DNA from: the human T2T-CHM13v2.0 reference genome, Homo sapiens
NCBI RefSeq assembly: GCF_009914755.1
Contig: NC_060935.1
Direction: 5' to 3' (one strand)
Length of the DNA: 64,000 nucleotides
The notes under the pieces are model-generated. The model was not told the DNA's origin, ran no database searches, and saw only the letters and a list, made by a program, of their open reading frames with translations. The translations under genes were made by a program, and so were the position numbers. Shown here piece by piece: positions 1 through 18,032 of this stretch (its first letter is position 1; each line of letters starts with the position of its first letter).

Positions 1-1741
1 TGTAGAAGTGTTGGACTCAGTTTACTCTAGCAGACCTAACCTCCAGGACCAGCCTTAGGCATCAGTAGACTAGGAACTATACGTGGCTGGGAGCATCTTC
101 ATCAACCCACAAGGAGAGAGATGTGCAAGATATGCGGTGGTAACTCTGGACACTGTTGCTGAAGCCAGATCGTTTCCCCAGGGCACTTCAGCTCAGAAAG
201 CTGAACTCGTTGCTTTAATTCGGGCCTTAGAACTCAGTGAAGCTAAGAATGTCAACATTTACACTGACTCTCAATATGCCTTTTCAACCCTTCAGGTGCG
301 TGGAGCATTATATAAAGAAAAGAGCCTATTGAACTCTGGGGGAAAAGACATAAAATATCTACAAGAAATCTTGTAATTATTAAAAGCCGTATGGAGACCC
401 CGCAAGGTGGCAGTTATGCATTGCAGAGGACACCAGCGAGCTTCCACCTTGGTGGGTTTAGGGAATTCCCGCGCTGACTTAGAGGCTCGAAAAGCAACAT
501 CTGCCCCCTTCCGGGCATCAGTCACAGCCCCCATGCTCCCTCAAGCACCTGATCTTGTACCTACTTATTCTAAAGAAGAAAAGGACTTTCTCCAGGCAGA
601 GAGAGGACAAGTGATGGAGGAAGGATGAATTCGGTAACCGGATGGGAGAGTAGCTGTGCCACAGCTGCTAAGAGCTGCAGTTGTACTGGCTGTTCATGAA
701 ACCACCCATCTAGGTCAGGAATCACTTGAAAAGTTGTTAGGCTGGTATTTCTACATCTCGCATTTGTCAGCTCTTGCCAAAACGGTGACGCAGTGGTGTG
801 TTACCTGCCGACAGCATAAAGCGAGGCAAGGTCCAGCCGTTCCGCCCGGCATACAAGCTTATGGAGCAGCCCCCTTTGAAGATCTCCAGGTGGACTTCAC
901 AGAGATGTCAAAGTGTAGAGGTAACAAGTATTTACTAGTTCTTGGGCGTACCTACTCTGGGTAGGTGGAGGCTTATCCAACACTAACTGAGAAAGCTCGT
1001 GAAGTAACTCGTGTGCTTCTTCGAGATCTTATTCCTAGATTTGGACTGCCCTTACGGATCGGCTCAGATAACAGGCCGGCATTTGTGGCTGACTTAGTAC
1101 AGAAGGCGGCAAAGATATTAGGGATCACATGGAATCTGCATGCTGCCTACTGGCCTCAGAGTTCCGGAAAGGTGGAGCAAATTAATCAAACTATCAAAAA
1201 TAGTTTAGGGAAAGTATGTCAGGAAACAGGATTAAAATGGCTACAGGCTCTCCCTATGGTATTATTTAAAATTAGATGTACCACTTCTAAAAGAACAGGA
1301 TATTCCCCTTATGAAATATTATATCATAGGCCCCCTCCTATATTGCGGGGACTTCCAGGCACTCCCTGAGAGTTAGGTGAAATTGAGTTACAGCGACAGC
1401 TACAGGCCTTAGGAAAAATTACACAAACAATCTCAGCCTGGGTAAATGAGAGATGCCCTGTTAGCTTATTCTCCCCAGTTCACCCTTTCTCCCCAGGTGA
1501 TCGAGTGTGGATCAAGAACTGGAACGTAGCCTCTTTGTGTCCACTGTGGAAAGGACCCCAGACTGTCGTTCTGAGCACTCCCACCGCTGTGAAGGTAGAA
1601 GGAATCCCAGCCTGGATCCACCACAGCCATGTAAAACCTGCAGCGCCTGAAACCTGGGAGGCAAGACCAAGCCCAGACAACCCCTGCAGAGTGACCCTGA
1701 AGAAGACGACAAGCCCTGCTCCAGTCACACCCGGAAGCTGA
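1..1741 (+). pseudogene. pol: HERV-E pol remnant (RNase H + integrase), disrupted by stops; runs off the left edge
   Basis: GTSAQKAEL and NIYTDSQYAF (RNase H); HETTHLG..CVTC zinc finger; LQVDFTEM, IGSDN, PQSSGKVE (DDE core); WKGPQTV..WIHHSHVK C-terminus. Confidence 0.93.
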
Positions 1742-1763
1742 CTGGTCCACGCACGGCCGAAGC

Positions 1764-3811
1764 CTGAGGAAGCTCATCATGAGATTCATTTTTCTTAAAT
1801 TTTGGACTTATACAGTAAGGGCTTCAACTGATCTTACTCAAACTGGGGACTGTTCCCAGTGTACTCATCAGGTCACCGAAGTAGGACAGCAAATTAAAAC
1901 AATCTTTCTGTTCTATAGTTATTATGAATGTATGGAAACAATAAAAGAAACTTGTTTGTATAATGCCACTCAGTACAAGGTATGTAGCCCGAGAAATGAC
2001 CGACCTGATGTGTGTTATAACCCATCTGAGCCCCCTGCACCACCGTTTTTGAAATAAGAATAAGAACTGGCCTTTTCCTAGGTGATACAAGTAAAATAAT
2101 AACTAGAACAGAAGAAAAAGAAATCCCCAAGCAAATAACTTTAAGATTTGATGCTTGTGCAGCCATTAATAGTAAAAAGCTAGAAATAGGATGTGGTTCT
2201 CTTAACTGAGAAAGGAGCTAAAGAGTAGAAAATAAATATGTTTGTCATGAGTCAGGGGTTTGTAAAAATTGTGCCTATTGGCCATGTGTTATTTCGGCTA
2301 CTTAAAAAAAGAACAAAAAGGACCCGGTTTATCTTCAGAAGGGGGAAGCCAACCCCTCCTGTGCTGCCGGTCACTGTAACCCACTAGAACTAATAATTAC
2401 CAATCCCCTAGGTCACCGTTGGAAAAAGGGAGAACGTGTAACCCTGGGGATCAATAGGACAGGGTTAAACCCTCAAGTTGCCATTTTAATTAGAGGGGAG
2501 GTCCACAAGTGCTCTCCCAAACCAGTATTTCAAACCTTTTATGAGGAGCTGAATCTGCCAGCAGCAGAACTTCTGAAAAAGACAAAAAATTTGTTTCTCC
2601 AATTAGCAGAAAATGTAATTTTCTTACTTAATGTTACTTCTTGTTATGTACGTGGAGGAACCACTATCGGAGACAGATGGCCTTGGGAAGCCCGAGAGTT
2701 GGTGCCTACTGATCCAGCTCCTGATATAATTCCAGTTCAGAAGGCCGAAGCTAGCAACCTCTAGGTCCTAAAAACCCCAATTATTAGACAATACTGTAGA
2801 GCTAGAGAAGGGAAAGACTTTATCATCCCTGTAGGAAAGCTTAATTGTATAGGACAGAGGTTGTATAACAGCACAACAAAGACAATTACTTAGTAGGGCC
2901 TAAACCACACTGAAAAGAATCCATTTAATAAATTTTCTAAATTAAAAACTGCTTAGGCTCATCCAGAATCTCATCAGGACTGGACGGTTCCCGCTGGACT
3001 ATACTAGATATGTAGGCACAGAGCCTACATTCGGTTACCTAATAAATGGGCAGACAGTTGTGTTGTTGGCACTATTAAGCCATCCTTTTTCTTATTACCC
3101 ATAAAAATGGGTGAGCTCCTAGGTTTCCCTGTCTACGCCTCCCGAGAAAAGAAAGGCATAGTTATAGGAAACTGGAAAGATAATGAGTGGCCCCCTGAAA
3201 GGATCATTCAGTATTATGGGCCTGCCACATGGGCACAAGACGGCTCATGGGGATACTGAACCCCCATCTACATGCTCAATTGGATCATGCAGTTGCAGGC
3301 CATCTTAGAAATAATTACTAATGAAACTGGCAGAGCTTTGACTGTTTTAGCTTGGCAAGAAACCCAAATGAGGAATGCTATCTATCAGAATAGACTGGTC
3401 TTAGACTACTTGCTAGTAGCTGAAGGAGGAGTTTGTGGAAAATTTAACTTAACCAATTGCTGCCTACACATAAATGATCAAGGACAGGTGGTTAAAAACA
3501 TAGTCAGGGACATGACAAAGGTGGCACATGTGCCTGTACAGGTTTGGCACGAGATTAATCCTGAGTCTTTATTTGAAAAATGGTTTCCAGCTATAGGAGG
3601 ATTTAAAACCCTCATTGTAGGTGTATTGCTAGTGATAGGAACTTGCTTGCTGCTCCCCTGTGTATTACCCTTGTTTTTTCAAATGATAAGAGGTTTTGTA
3701 GCTACTTTGGTTCATCAGAAAACTTCAACACACGTGTGTTATATAAATCAGTATCGCTCTATCTCACAAATAGACTCAAAAAGTAAAGATGAGAGTGAGA
3801 ACTCCCACTAA
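1764..3811 (+). pseudogene. env: HERV-E env remnant: SU broken by stops/frameshift, TM portion 3272-3811 open
   Basis: FIFLKFWTYTVRASTDLTQTGDCSQC matches HERV-E 4-1 env N-terminus; start codon appears as CTG at 1764; TM has [10 protein letters not shown] immunosuppressive domain, [10 protein letters not shown], hydrophobic anchor. Confidence 0.92.
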
Positions 3812-3838
3812 AAAGTGAAAATGCTCAAAGGGGGGAAA

Positions 3839-4334
3839 TATGGTATGAGACCACCACTTCTCCTGTTGTCCTTCCCAGTTTCTCCCCAACCTCCCCTTTT
3901 CCCTAGTTTGTAAGACAGCAAAAAAGGGAGAAAGCAAAAAGTTGGAAAAAACAGAAGTAAAATAAATAGCTAGACGACCTTGGCGCCACCACCTGGCCCT
4001 GGTGGTTAAAATAACAATAATATTAACCCCTGACCAAAACTACCTGTGTTATCTGTAAATTCCAGACACTGTATGAGAAAGCACTGTAAAAACTTTTTGT
4101 TCTGTTAGCTGATGTTTGTAGCCCCCAGTCACGTTCCTCACGCTCACTTGATCTATTATGACTTTTTCACGTAGACCCCTTAGAGTTGTCAGCCCTTAAA
4201 AGAGCTAGGAATTTCTTTTTCAGGGAGCTCGGCTCTTAAGACACAGTCTGCCGACGCTCCCGGCTGAATAAAAAAACCTCTTCCTTCTTTAATCCGGTGT
4301 CTGAGGAGTTTTGTCTGCAACTCGTCCTGCTACA
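3839..4334 (+). mobile_element. HERV-E 3' LTR (LTR2 family)
   Basis: Follows polypurine tract AAAGGGGGGAAA (3827-3838); begins TATGGTATGAG, has AATAAA at ~4267, ends CTCGTCCTGCTACA, as in the 4-1 LTR. Confidence 0.9.
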
Positions 4335-7208
4335 CTAGCTCTCCGTGACTCATCCCAACCCTTTTCATTACACACAGCCAAAGTGCAGCGCTGTGCAGTT
4401 GAAATTCTTACACAAGAACAAGGATCTCATCCTGTAGCCTTTTTGTCCAAACAACTTGACCTTATCGTTTTAGGTTGGCTGTTATGTCTCTGTGCAGCAG
4501 CTGCTGCCACCCTAATACTTTTAAAGGCCCTTAAAATCACAAACTATGCTCAACTCACTCTCTACAGCTCTCATAATTTCCAAAATGTATTTTCCTCCTC
4601 ACACCTGCCACATATACATTCTGCTCCCCGGCTCCTTCTGCTGTACTGTTTGTTGAGTCTCCCACAATTACCATTGTTCCTGGCCCGGACTTCAATCCGG
4701 CCTCCCACATTATTCCTGATACCACACCTGACCCTCATGACTGCATCTCTCTGATCCACCTGACATTCACCCCATTTCCCCACATTTCCTTCTTCCCTGT
4801 TTCTCACCCTGACCACACTTAGTTTATTGATGGCAGTTCCACCAGGCCTAATTGCCACACACCAGCAAAAGCAGGCTATGCTATAGTACAAGCCACTAGC
4901 CTGCCTCTTAGAACCTCTCATTTCCTTTCCATCGTGGAAATCTATCCTCAAGGAAATAACTTCTCAGTGTTCCATCTGCTATTCTACTAATCCTCAGGGA
5001 TTCTTCAGGCCCCCTCCCTTACCTACACATCAAGCTCAGGGATTTGCCCCCACCCAGGACTGGCAAATTAGCTTTAATCAACGTGCCCCGAGTCAGGAAA
5101 CTAAAATAACTCTTTGTCTAGGTAGACACTTTCACTGGATAGGTAGAGGCATTTCCCACAGGGTCTAAGAAGACCACCACGGTCATTTCTTCCCTTCTAT
5201 CAGACATAATTCCTCAGTTTGGCCCTCCCACCTCTATAGAGTCTGATAGCAGACCGGCCTTTATTAATCAAGTCAGCCAAGCATTTTTTCAGGCTCTTAG
5301 TATTCAGTGAAACCTTTATATCCCTTACAGTCCTCAGTCTTCAGGAAAGGTAGAACAGACTACTGGTCTCTTAAAAACACACCTTACCAAGATCAGCCAC
5401 CAACTTAAAAAGGACTGGACAATACTTTTACCACTTTCCCTTCTCAGAATTCAGGCCTGTCCTCGGAATGCTGCAAGGTACAGCCCATTTGTTGCGGGAA
5501 GTCAGGGACCCCAAACGGAGGGACCGGCTGAAGCCATGGCAGAAGAACGTGGATTGTGAAGATTTTATGGACATTTATTAGTTCCCCAAATTAATACTTT
5601 TGTAATTTCTTGTGCCTGTCTTTACTGCAATCTCTAAACATAAATTGTAAAGATTTCATGGACACTTATCACTTCCCCAATCAATATCCTTGTGATTTCC
5701 TATGCCTGTCTTTGCTTTAATCTCTTAATCCTGTCAGCCAAGAAGGATGTATATGGCCTCAGGACCCTGTAATAATTGCGTTAACTACACAAATTGTACA
5801 GCATGTGTGTTTGTGCAATATGAAATGTGGGCACCCTGAAAAAAGAACAGGATAACAGCAATTGTTCAGGGAATAAGAGAGATAGCCTTAAACTCTGACC
5901 GCCGGTGAGCCGGGCAGAACAGAACCATATTTCTCTTCTTTCAAAAGCAAATGGGAAAAATATCGCTGAATTCCTTTTCTCAGCATGGAACGTCCCTGAG
6001 AAAGAGAATGCGCACCTAGGGGTAGATCTCTGAACTGCCCCCCGCGGGGCGTACCTGTCTCTTATGGTTGAGATTGCAGAGGTGAAATAAACTCCAGTCT
6101 CCCATAGCACTCCCAGGCTTATTAGGAAGAGGAAATTCCCGCCTAATAAACTTTGGTCAGACCGGTTGATCTCAAAACTCTGTCTCCTGATAAGATGTTA
6201 TCAATGACAATGGTGCCAAATTTCATTAGCAATTTTAATTTCACTCCGGTCCTGTGGTCCTGTGATCTCACCCTGTCTCCACTTGCCTTGTGATATTCTA
6301 TTACCTTGTTAAGTACTTGATGTCTGTCACGCACACCGATTCGTATACTCCCTCCCCTTTTGAAACTCCCTAATAAAAACTTGCTGGTTTTTGTGGCTTG
6401 TCGGGCATCACGGATCCTACCAATGTGTGATGTCTCCCCCGGACGCCCAGCTTTAAAAGTTCTCTCTTTTGTACTCTGTCCTTTTATTTCTCAAGCCAGT
6501 CGATGCTTAGGAAAATAGAAAAGAACCTACGTGATTATCGGGGCAGGTCTCCCGATACCCATTGGATCTCCCCTATAGATGCTCCTTTTTATTAGGCCCC
6601 AGTCTCATTCCAGACACAAGACCAACTTGGACTGTGCCCCAAAAAACTTGTCATCCCTACTATCTTCTGTCTAGTCATACTTCTATTCACCGTTCTCAAC
6701 TACTCATATATGCCCTGCTCTTGTTTACACTGGTGGTTTACACTGTTTCTCCAAGCCATCACAGCTGATATGTCCTGGTGCTATCCCCAAACCACCACTC
6801 TTAACTCTTAAATAATCTTTGCTGGCAAGCCTATGCTGAACCTCCTTAGGCACTCTCTAATTAGATGTCCTAGGTCCTCCCAATTCTTAGTCCTTTAATA
6901 CCTGTTTTTCTCCTTCTCTTATTCCGTTTAGTTTTTCAATTCATACAAAACTGTATCCAGGGCATCACCAATAATTGTAAATGACAAATGTTTCTTCTAA
7001 CAACCCCACAATATCACCCCTTACCACAAAATCTTCTTTCAGCTTAATCTCTCCTACTCTAGGTTCCCATGCCACCCCAATCCCGCTCGAAGCAGCCCTG
7101 AGAAACATCGCCCATTATCTCTCCATACCACCCCCAAAAAATTTTCACCATCCCAATACTTTACCACTATTTCATTTTATTTTTCTTATTAATATAAGAA
7201 GACAGGAA
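4335..7208 (+). mobile_element. HERV-H internal region (deleted pol, env-less form), interrupted by MER11
   Basis: C-rich pol sequence (SSQPFSLHTA, PVAFLSKQLD, PQSSGKVE), typical HERV-H 3' sequence and PPT AAGAAGACAGGAA before LTR7. Confidence 0.88.
5490..6557 (+). mobile_element. MER11 solo LTR (HERV-K11/HML-8)
   Basis: Starts TGTTGCGGGAAGTCAGGGACCCC, ends CCCGATA; 6-bp TSD CCCATT at 5484-5489 and 6558-6563. Confidence 0.9.
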
Positions 7209-7909
<701 letters not shown>

Positions 7910-9431
7910 AATAGTGTCATCTTATAAGGACACTTGTTGTTAGATGTACAGCCTACCTAAAATACTCCAGGAGAATCTCAAGATCCTTAATTACATCTGC
8001 AAGACCCTTTTTCCAAATAATGCCACCTCCACAGATTCTAGGCACAACGATCTGGATATATCTTGTGCAAAGCCACCATTCAACTCACTACACTAGAAAG
8101 AGCAAAAACAACGAAGTAACAAAAGGCTCAGAAGAAAGAACAGATGCAGCTTGTGTGGCAGTGGCCATCAAGGCAGGCTGGGGTAAAACTGTGTTAACAG
8201 AACCCCCAGATGCAATTCAAGTGTGGCCGTCTACTCCCAGCTACTCACAGAGAACGTTTCTGTTTCTGACAGCAGAGTAAGAGAAGGGGTGGGAAGAGAG
8301 AGAGCCCATTCTCTGTTGGCCTAATTCTTAAGGAATTGTGCGTCTGCCTTCGGGTCATTCTCAAGTCTTGTTCAAGGATAAAATGATTTATTGATGGCCG
8401 TAATTAAAAAGCAATGCCAACAGAAGCAGCTTCAGCATTTTTCATTTGTACTTACACATGAGCAAGAGCAGTTTAGGGAAACGGGTGCCTTCAGATTCTG
8501 TTTTCTCCATCTAGAAAAGGGCTGCCTTTGTGGAATGCTGGTCCTAGGGAGAAGCCTCATTTCTATAGCAGGAATTGATACAGTTTTAAATTCCGATTGG
8601 TACACGGAGCTACCCGTCCTCATTTCAAGCACTTCTGGTTTGTTCTGGGTTCAGTGGGTGAGCAATGAGTAGAACGCTGGGGAGGAGGATTTGGAGCGAG
8701 GGTGGTTTTGATCCACAGAGGGAGCTGTTTTTCCATCAATGTCTTGACTGTGATTCAGAATGGGCTTCTCTGCTCAAGATGGGAGTACTGGGTTGATTTA
8801 AGGCAGGTGATTGACTTGATTTGGTGGCTACTTTTATACTATCTGGTTAACGAGCTATTTTCTTCATTAGTTTCAGGCATGTGAGCTTAATGAAGCATTG
8901 GAACTCCCAAATTACAAGGAAAATACAGATATAGCTTATGTGGTAGGTTCAAAGGAGTTAGTGAACAAACACAGTAGGGCCACAAATTATTGTTAAAGAC
9001 ATGAATGCATGAAAGTGTATCTATGTCCAAATGGACTCTCTGCAACCATACTGTTCCACCTGAAAATTAGTAGATAGAAATTCAGCAAATGCTTGGACAG
9101 GGGATACTCTCAGAAGTATTCTGACTAAATAGCATGGTTTCTTTTCATATCACTAAAGTAATTTCTTCTCAAATTGACTCTGGACTAAATCTTATGATAC
9201 CTACTTTTTCCGATTGTACTTAGCCATCTGCAAATAAGGTGGGGGCAGTGGTAAGAGGAGCTGTTGAATGAAATTAAACATTTGTTGGATGCCTACTGAA
9301 GATAAACCCCTGTGCTTTGTGTCAGGGAGATTCCAGAATAAATGAGGCACAGACCTAGTCTCAGGAAGCTTTTGCAAACTAATGGAGAAAACACATCTGC
9401 AGGCAATGACTTATGGTATAAGAGGAAATGG

Positions 9432-9730
<299 letters not shown>

Positions 9731-10021
9731 AGGAAATAAGATTGGTGTTGAATGGGAAATCTAAGCAGGATGGAATGACAGGAGAGCACCCACTTGCCCA
9801 GCTCCAATAACATTTTTGACAGCCATGAAAATATTGCAGGGACACCCATTCCTCATGGTATCTGAAGTCTCATGAAGGCTTGAGTCTGGAGGCCGGTTCA
9901 GTCTTGACTTTAAGATAGGGGGATACAAGGAATGATTTTCATCTGTCCCAAGCCAATAGTCCAGCCAAAAATCTAGGTCTGAGATGATGAGAAAAAGCGA
10001 GTCATCAACCATGTCAGCCAT

Positions 10022-10023
<2 letters not shown>

Positions 10024-10052
<29 letters not shown>
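10024..10052. repeat. (CAT)n microsatellite
   Basis: About 9 CAT units. Confidence 0.9.
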
Positions 10053-10055
<3 letters not shown>

Positions 10056-10169
10056 ACAAAAGACAGACCTGTAACCGTCTTGTGTGCCTGGCTCTCATCT
10101 TAGTTCAAAATATAGAAGTAAATTCTATGGCCAGCGAACAATGACCAAAATAGCTCTCATCACTCTTGT

Positions 10170-10287
10170 CTGCCACCATGTAAGACATTCCTTTTGCCTT
10201 CCACCATGATTTCGAGACTTCTTCAGCCACATGGAACTGTGAGCCCATTAAACCTCTTTTTCTTTATAAATTACCCAGTCTTGAGTA
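10170..10287 (+). mobile_element. THE1/MST (ERVL-MaLR) LTR fragment
   Basis: CCACCATGTAAGA...GGAACTGTGAG..ATTAAACCTCTTTT..ATAAATTACCCAGTC. Confidence 0.7.
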
Positions 10288-10835
10288 ATAAAATAGTGGT
10301 TTGTCCACAACATCAATGAACGATGCTGTTACTTGTTCCAAACACGTATCATTTAAGAGGTTTGGATAAACAACAACCTAAAATAAATAAGCACTAAGCA
10401 AACTCAGGGCTACATAATCCCTGTGGTGAGGTAACTGACAATGGGTACAACTGGGACACTTTACTGTTAAATCACCTCTATCTACATGTGCCCAAGCAGT
10501 GAGATACTTGGTTCTAATCCTAAAAAATCATGGTGCACATTTACTCCTGCCTTCCAACTGGGCTCTAACGTCACCTCCTCAGAGAAGCCCGCTTTTCTGT
10601 GCTTCCACTCTGCTTTTTTTCAGCATTTAGTAGAGCATCAGTCACCATCCATATCTGGGAACAATGATTGTAAGAAACAGAAACCCATTTGCATGAGCTT
10701 GAGGACAAGGAGCACACCTTATCTCTAACAGGCAAACTCATGGGCACAAGAAACAAATGAGAGGCCATGAGAGAATGGAAACTGCAGTTACAGAAACCAA
10801 AATTCCTCTTTCTTGCTCTCAGAAGCCCATGGTCT

Positions 10836-11137
10836 CTTTTTTTTTTTTTTTTTTTTTTGAGACGCAGTCTTGCTCTGTCGCCCAGGCTGGAGTGCAGTGG
10901 TGTGATCTCAGCTCACTGCAAGCTCCACCTCCTGGGGTTCATGCCATTCTCCCACCTCAGCCTCCCAATTAGCTGGGGCTATAGGCACCTGCCACCACAC
11001 CCAGCTAATTTTTGTATTTTTAGTAGAGATGGGGTTTCACCGTGTGAGCCAGGATGGTCTCGATCTCCTGACCTCGTGATCCGACCATCCTAGCCTCCCA
11101 AATTGCTGGGATTACAGGCGTGAACCACCGTGCCTGG
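10836..11137 (-). mobile_element. Alu (Y-like)
   Basis: Antisense Alu with TSD GAAGCCCATGGTCT on both sides. Confidence 0.9.
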
Positions 11138-11284
11138 AAGCCCATGGTCTTTCTTATCAGCCGTGTGGACTTTCTTCTCTCTTCTTCTCACTGACAACCA
11201 ATTTTCCCTTTTTGCTGGTGGCCCATCATGGCAGCCAGCAGAGCCCACCCCCAGCTGATCAGTCAGTTACTGGATATCTTGGAG

Positions 11285-11345
11285 AGGGAGGGAGGGAGGG
11301 AGGGAGGGAGGGAGGGAGGGAGAAAGGGAGAGGGAGAGAGAGAGA
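11285..11345. repeat. (GGGA)n/(GA)n purine tract
   Basis: Direct sequence. Confidence 0.9.
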
Positions 11346-11559
11346 ATGACAATTGGGCTTCTGGTCAACCAATTGAGTATAGGGAGGGGAAGTACCATGG
11401 TACAAATATAGCGCCAAGACCTGCTTTCCAGCATGGCCAGTGAGTAGGGAAATTGAGGGAAGGTACCTGCAAACACAGCAGACATCTCAGAACATGCTCT
11501 CTGTTCTTAGTTCTCTCTCCTGCCTTCCCCTAGATTGTAAATATCACAAGACAATCTAG

Positions 11560-11952
<393 letters not shown>

Positions 11953-12803
11953 GACTCTGCAAGTATTTAAGTGAATGAATGTCAGTCCCTGAAAATCAGA
12001 ATTTCTTCTGATTTAACGGCATTAAATCTCCGTTAGGTTTAATCCTGGTCAGCAGCTGTGGGGTGTCCTGGGTTTGGGATCAGTGGGATGAGGAACAAGC
12101 AGGTTCTCCAAACCACCACGCAGGGAGGGGAGGTGTTAACTAGGCCAAAGATAATGGTTGGGGTACGTGCCTGGGTTTCAAACAGCTTATGCCAGGCCTA
12201 AAAACCGACGCTGAGGAAGAAATGAGGAAGAAACTATATTAAGCAAATTGATGACACAATGGAGGGGGTCAAAAAGTTTAATATTGCTAAGAAGAATACA
12301 AATAATGATCATGCAATATATTATTGTTATCACACCATCTCCTGCTACACGCCAGGTTTCCTTTACCATGAGATACAAGAGATTTGTGGATCTGACCTAA
12401 CCCTCCAAATTGTAAGGTCCCTGAGAATGGGCTCATGACATTCATGTTTTATAAATGTGGCATAAAGGCTCACGCTGGCTGCCACGTGGCCCAATACCAG
12501 TTCGATGCTACATTCAAAGAACCATCATTCCAGCATGCAAGCATACTTAAAGGCAATTGAAATGTTTACCACTGTCCCTCAAGACAAACACCAAAGAAAA
12601 ATTATTTTCAAAATGCATAGCAACACTTCTTAAAATCTTATTTTCCCATCTCTTTCTCTCCCTCTACCACATTCCCAGGAGTTTCCCAGGAGCAAAACTA
12701 GCATAAAGACCCAGGAGCAAAATGATTACTGACTTCACTATATCTGATTCTGATTTAGTTGGTTTAGAGTTGTGTCCGGGCATACGTATTTTTTAAAAAT
12801 CTT

Positions 12804-12940
12804 GCTGGGCACAGTGGCACACAACTGTAGTCTCAGCTACTCAGGAGGCTGAGGCAGAAGAATCACTTGAGCCCGGGAGTTTGAGTCCAGCCTGGGCAAC
12901 ATAGCAAGACCCTGTCTCTGAAAAAAAAAAAAAAAAAAAA
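12804..12940 (+). mobile_element. Alu monomer (FLAM/FRAM-like)
   Basis: Single arm plus poly-A. Confidence 0.75.
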
Positions 12941-13469
12941 GCACAAACAAATCTCTCTCAGCTGAAGTCAGGGTTGATAACTAGTTGATCAAAAAATTGT
13001 GGTAGCCATCCTTCACAATGGACCTTAATATTCCCACCTCCTGGTGTTATTCATTGTGGAATCTGTCTTAGCTAGTCCTCAATTGGGTCTGGTATCCAGG
13101 CCCCACCTTGAGAGGCTAGTTCCACCTCCTACCCCACATATGGTTTTACACTTACTTTCAAGACTGGCCTAAAAATGTAAAATGTATTTGTTTTGACCTT
13201 GTTTCCAATGAAACAACTATTCTAAACATTCATTTAGGATGGTTAGGGAAATTTGAACACCAGCTAAATATTAGAAGATATTTGCTTCAAAATAACCCAG
13301 CTTGGAAATGAGATGATGGTGGCTGAGGCTGGTGATAGGCACAGAGGGCTTCATTATCAAATAGAAACAAGTGGAAAAAACAGAATTTGTCCATAATACA
13401 AATGTAAGGTAAACACAAAAATGTATTGAGTGCATAAAAAGAATCTATGGTCTCACAGGCATTAGATTA

Positions 13470-13625
<156 letters not shown>

Positions 13626-13791
13626 AATGTAAATAAGTGACTAGAATTATTATAGAACATCAACTCGATTTGAGTCTATAAAGATTACTGGTGGAGGGGG
13701 GCAATGGGGAGAAGGAGGAAGAGAATATATTTGTGACCTAGATTATTTTCCTTAGTTTTGAGAGAATCTTCGGGTCTCCTGGGTCTTCTAG

Positions 13792-14430
<639 letters not shown>

Positions 14431-14950
14431 TATTTTCCTTAGTTTTCAGAGAACCTTTGTGTCCCCTGGTTGTTCTAGCCCAGTATATCTCAAACTTTGC
14501 TGCACTGAGGACCTTGTTGAAATGCAGGTTCTCATCTGGGAGGCTCAGTGGGCCAGCAAATCTGCATTGGTTTAGGAAGCTCACCCTGAGTATCAAGCTT
14601 CAGTGAGGACCAGGCAGACCCTTGCCTACCAACCCACTCTCAGCTGGGCTTAACTCTGGCTCTCTCCTACCAGGGTTCCTCCCCTCAAAATAGGAGCTAT
14701 TTTCAAAAAGTCTCTTGGTAAAAAAAGCCCTGTTTTAAAATTGGGGTGTTCAGGATTGGCCATCTGCTCACCATGGGGTTTTAAGACCTTTGCCCCGACC
14801 CCTGCAACAAACTTAGAGCTGACATCTTTACTTTTGAAGGCCCCACTCCACACCATATTAAATTCATTAAAATCAACCCCCATTACAGGCATATCTCAGG
14901 CATCATGCCCTCAGAACGGAGTTGCAGCTGACCACTTGACAATGTTGTAA

Positions 14951-15591
<641 letters not shown>

Positions 15592-16204
15592 CATCAGCAT
15601 CTGTATTTTTTGGAGCACAGACGAGTTTGGGAACTACCGCGCTAGACTGAGCTCGGTTTCCTAGCCCTGTCTGACCGTAGGATTCGGCTGGGCTGCTTCT
15701 GAAAACAGAGCTCCCCAGGCTCCTTCCCAGGTAATTCTGATTCATTAGGTCTGGGGTGGGCCCCGTAATGTGCATTTTTTATGAGATCCCTCTGGGTGAA
15801 TCAGGCTAAAGCCAGTTTGGGATCTGAGACCTTGGAGATCATTCCCCAGCTTCCCTCCTAACCCAGTTCCCAGCTTGGCCCACCTCACCCAGGCTGTGTC
15901 ACGTCTGACTTCGCAGATTACACCTGAGAGGGAAGCCCCAGCCATCATGATGTGAGAACATTTTACAATGACGAGGATATGCCAAATACATTTTAAAACT
16001 CATTCAGGATTAGCGTTCACCTTAAACTTGACAGACTCTGAGAACGGGCTGGCCACGTGCTGTGCACAACCCTTAGTGCTCTTCAGTGACTAATATTTGG
16101 ATAACTGATTGTTGGAAGCTCAGGAAGCCTCTCTCTCTCAGAGGGGTTGAAGTTAACTTCTTTATTTCTGAGGTAGGGAAGAAAATGAGGATGTTCTGCC
16201 TTTT

Positions 16205-17808
<1,604 letters not shown>

Positions 17809-18032
17809 ACCATAGTTTTAAGTCCACTCAGTGGAGTTTAAAAATACAATCCCATTGCACAGTGCTTTTGGAATCTTTTCTAAACTTCTGTTGCACATGA
17901 TCTAATTTGATCTTCATAGCAACTCCCTGAGGTGGATAGGGCAGGCCTTTCTGAACACCTATTTTCTAGTTTGCATTAAAAGAACGGAATTGGCTGGGAC
18001 CAGTGGCTCATGCCTATAATCCCAACACTTTG

